From contig CAXHJY010001150.1 in assembly GCA_964016885.1 (NCBI GenBank), forward strand, positions 62,001-126,000: DNA of 64,000 bases, read 5' to 3'. This document shows, in pieces, positions 62,101 to 64,000 of this stretch; the first letter of the stretch is position 1, and every line of letters begins with the position of its first letter. Made by a program: the position numbers and the translations under genes. The stretch comes from Eledone cirrhosa. Taxonomy: Eukaryota. Under the pieces are notes generated by a model, which saw only the letters and a list, made by a program, of their open reading frames with translations, did no database searches and was not told the DNA's origin.

Positions 62101-64000
62101 CGTCTAACCTTTCCCCCGCCTAACCTTTCCCCCGTCTAACCTTTCCCCCGTCTAACCTTCCCCCGTCTAACCTTTCTCCCGTCTAACCATTCCCCCGTCT
62201 AACCTTTCCCCCGTCTAACCTTTCCCCCGTCTAACCTTTCTCCCGTCTAACCATTCCCCCGTCTAACCTTTCCCCCGTCTAACCTTTCCCCCGTCTAACC
62301 TTTCCCCCGCCTAACCTTTCTCCCGTCTAACCATTCCCCCGTCTAACCTTTCCCCCGTCTAACCTTTCCCCCGTCTAACCTTTCCCCCGTCTAACCTTCC
62401 CCCGTCTAACCTTTCTCCCGTCTAACCATTCCCCCGTCTAACCTTTCCCCCGTCTAACCTTTCCCCCGTCTAACCTTTCTCCCGTCTAACCATTCCCCCG
62501 TCTAACCTTTCCCCCGTCTAACCTTTCCCCCGTCTAACCTTTCTCCCGTCTAACCATTCCCCCGTCTAACCTTTCCCCCGTCTAACCTTTCCCCCGTCTA
62601 ACCTTTCCCCCGTCTAACCTTTCCCCCGCCTAACCTTTCTCCCGTCTAACCATTCCCCCGTCTAACCTCTCCCCCGTCTAACCTTTCCTCCGCCTAACCT
62701 TTCCCCCGTCTAACCTTTCTCCCGTCTAACCATTCCCCCGTCTAACCTTTCCCCCGTCTAACCTTTCTCCCGTCTAACCATTCCCCCGTCTAACCTTTCC
62801 CCCGTCTAACCTTTCCCCCGTCTAACCTTTCCCCCGCCTAACCTTTCCCCCGTCTAACCTTTCCCCCGTCTAACCTTTCCCCCGCCTAACCTTTCCCCCG
62901 TCTAACCTTTCCCCCGTCTAACCTTCCCCCGTCTAACCTTTCTCCCGTCTAACCATTCCCCCGTCTAACCTTTCCCCCGTCTAACCTTTCCCCCGCCTAA
63001 CCTTTCCCCAGTCTAACCTTTCCTCTGCCTAACCATTCCCCCGTCTAACCTTTCCTCTGCCTAACCATTCCCCAGTCTAACCTTTCCTCTGCCTAACCAT
63101 TCCCCCGTCTAACCTTTCCTCTGCCTAACCATTCCCCCGTCTAACCTTTCCCCCGTCTAACCTTTCCTCTGCCTAACCTTTCCCCCGTCTAACCTTTCCT
63201 CCGTCTAACCTCTCCCCCGTCTAACCTTTCCTCTGCCTAACCATTCCCCCGTCTAACCTTTCCCCCGTCTAACCTTTCCTCTGCCTAACCTTTCCCCCGT
63301 CTAACCTTTCCTCTGCCTAACCTTTCCCCCGTCTAACCTTTCCTCCGTCTAACCTCTCCCCCGTCTAACCTTTCCTCTGCCTAACCATTCCCCCGTCTAA
63401 CCTTTCCCCCGTCTAACCTTTCCTCTGCCTAACCTTTCCTCCGTCTAACCTCTCCCCCGTCTAACCTTTCCCCCGTCTAACCTTTCCTCCGTCTAACCTC
63501 TCCCCCGTCTAACCTTTCCTCTGCCTAACCATTCCCCCGTCTAACCTTTCCCCCGTCTAACCTTTCCTCTGCCTAACCTTTCCCCCGTCTAACCTTTCCT
63601 CTGCCTAACCTTTCCCCCGTCTAACCTTTTCTCCGTCTAACCTCACCCCCGTCTACCCTTTCCTCTGCCTAACCATTCCCCCGTCTAACCTTTCCTCTGC
63701 CTAACCATTCCCCCGTCTAACCTTTCCTCTGCCTAACCATTCCCCCGTCTAACCTTTCCTCTGCCTAACCTTTCCCCCGTCTAACCTTTCCTCTGCCTAA
63801 CCATTCCCCCGTCTAACCTTTCCCCCGTCTAACCTTTCCTCCGTCTAACCTCTCCCCCGTCTAACCTTTCCTCTGCCTAACCTTTCCCCCGTCTAACCTT
63901 TCCTCTGCCTAACCATTCCCCCGTCTAACCTTTCCCCCGTCTAACCTTTCCTCCGTCTAACCTTTCCCCCGTCTAACCTTTCCTCTGCCTAACCTTTCCC
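56102..64000. repeat. 16-bp C-rich satellite, at least 7.9 kb, running off the window end
   Basis: Unit cgtctaacctttcccc with variants (catt, ctct, cctctgcctaac). Confidence 0.98.

Noticed and set aside
56102-64000. True telomere
   Set aside because: The unit is 16 bp, not (CCCTAA)n.

Overview
Repeat-dominated, AT-rich eukaryotic DNA with no recognisable host gene. The SINE families and dense microsatellites suggest an octopus or other cephalopod; this is inference. Most ORFs in the supplied track are microsatellite artefacts. Supported content: (1) a Penelope-like element (PLE) family with an uninterrupted, ATG-less GIY-YIG endonuclease frame (22584-23120, missed by the ORF track) and six type I hammerhead ribozyme copies, arranged partly as fold-back inverted repeats and inserted in (TA)n; (2) a second, non-coding ~425-bp hammerhead-bearing repeat at 35.2-37.1 kb; (3) a ~277-bp tRNA-like unit with the same tandem/inverted layout; (4) two convergent Helitron pieces, one with a Rep/PIF1 helicase; (5) a near-complete RTE LINE with three C-terminal C2H2-type fingers and a short derivative joining its two ends; (6) two RLE-type (R4/Dong-like) LINE 3' fragments sitting in microsatellites; (7) mariner remnants, SINEs and three satellites (35, 32 and 16 bp). 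All alignments and RNA folds were done by eye, and boundaries are approximate unless a motif is quoted.
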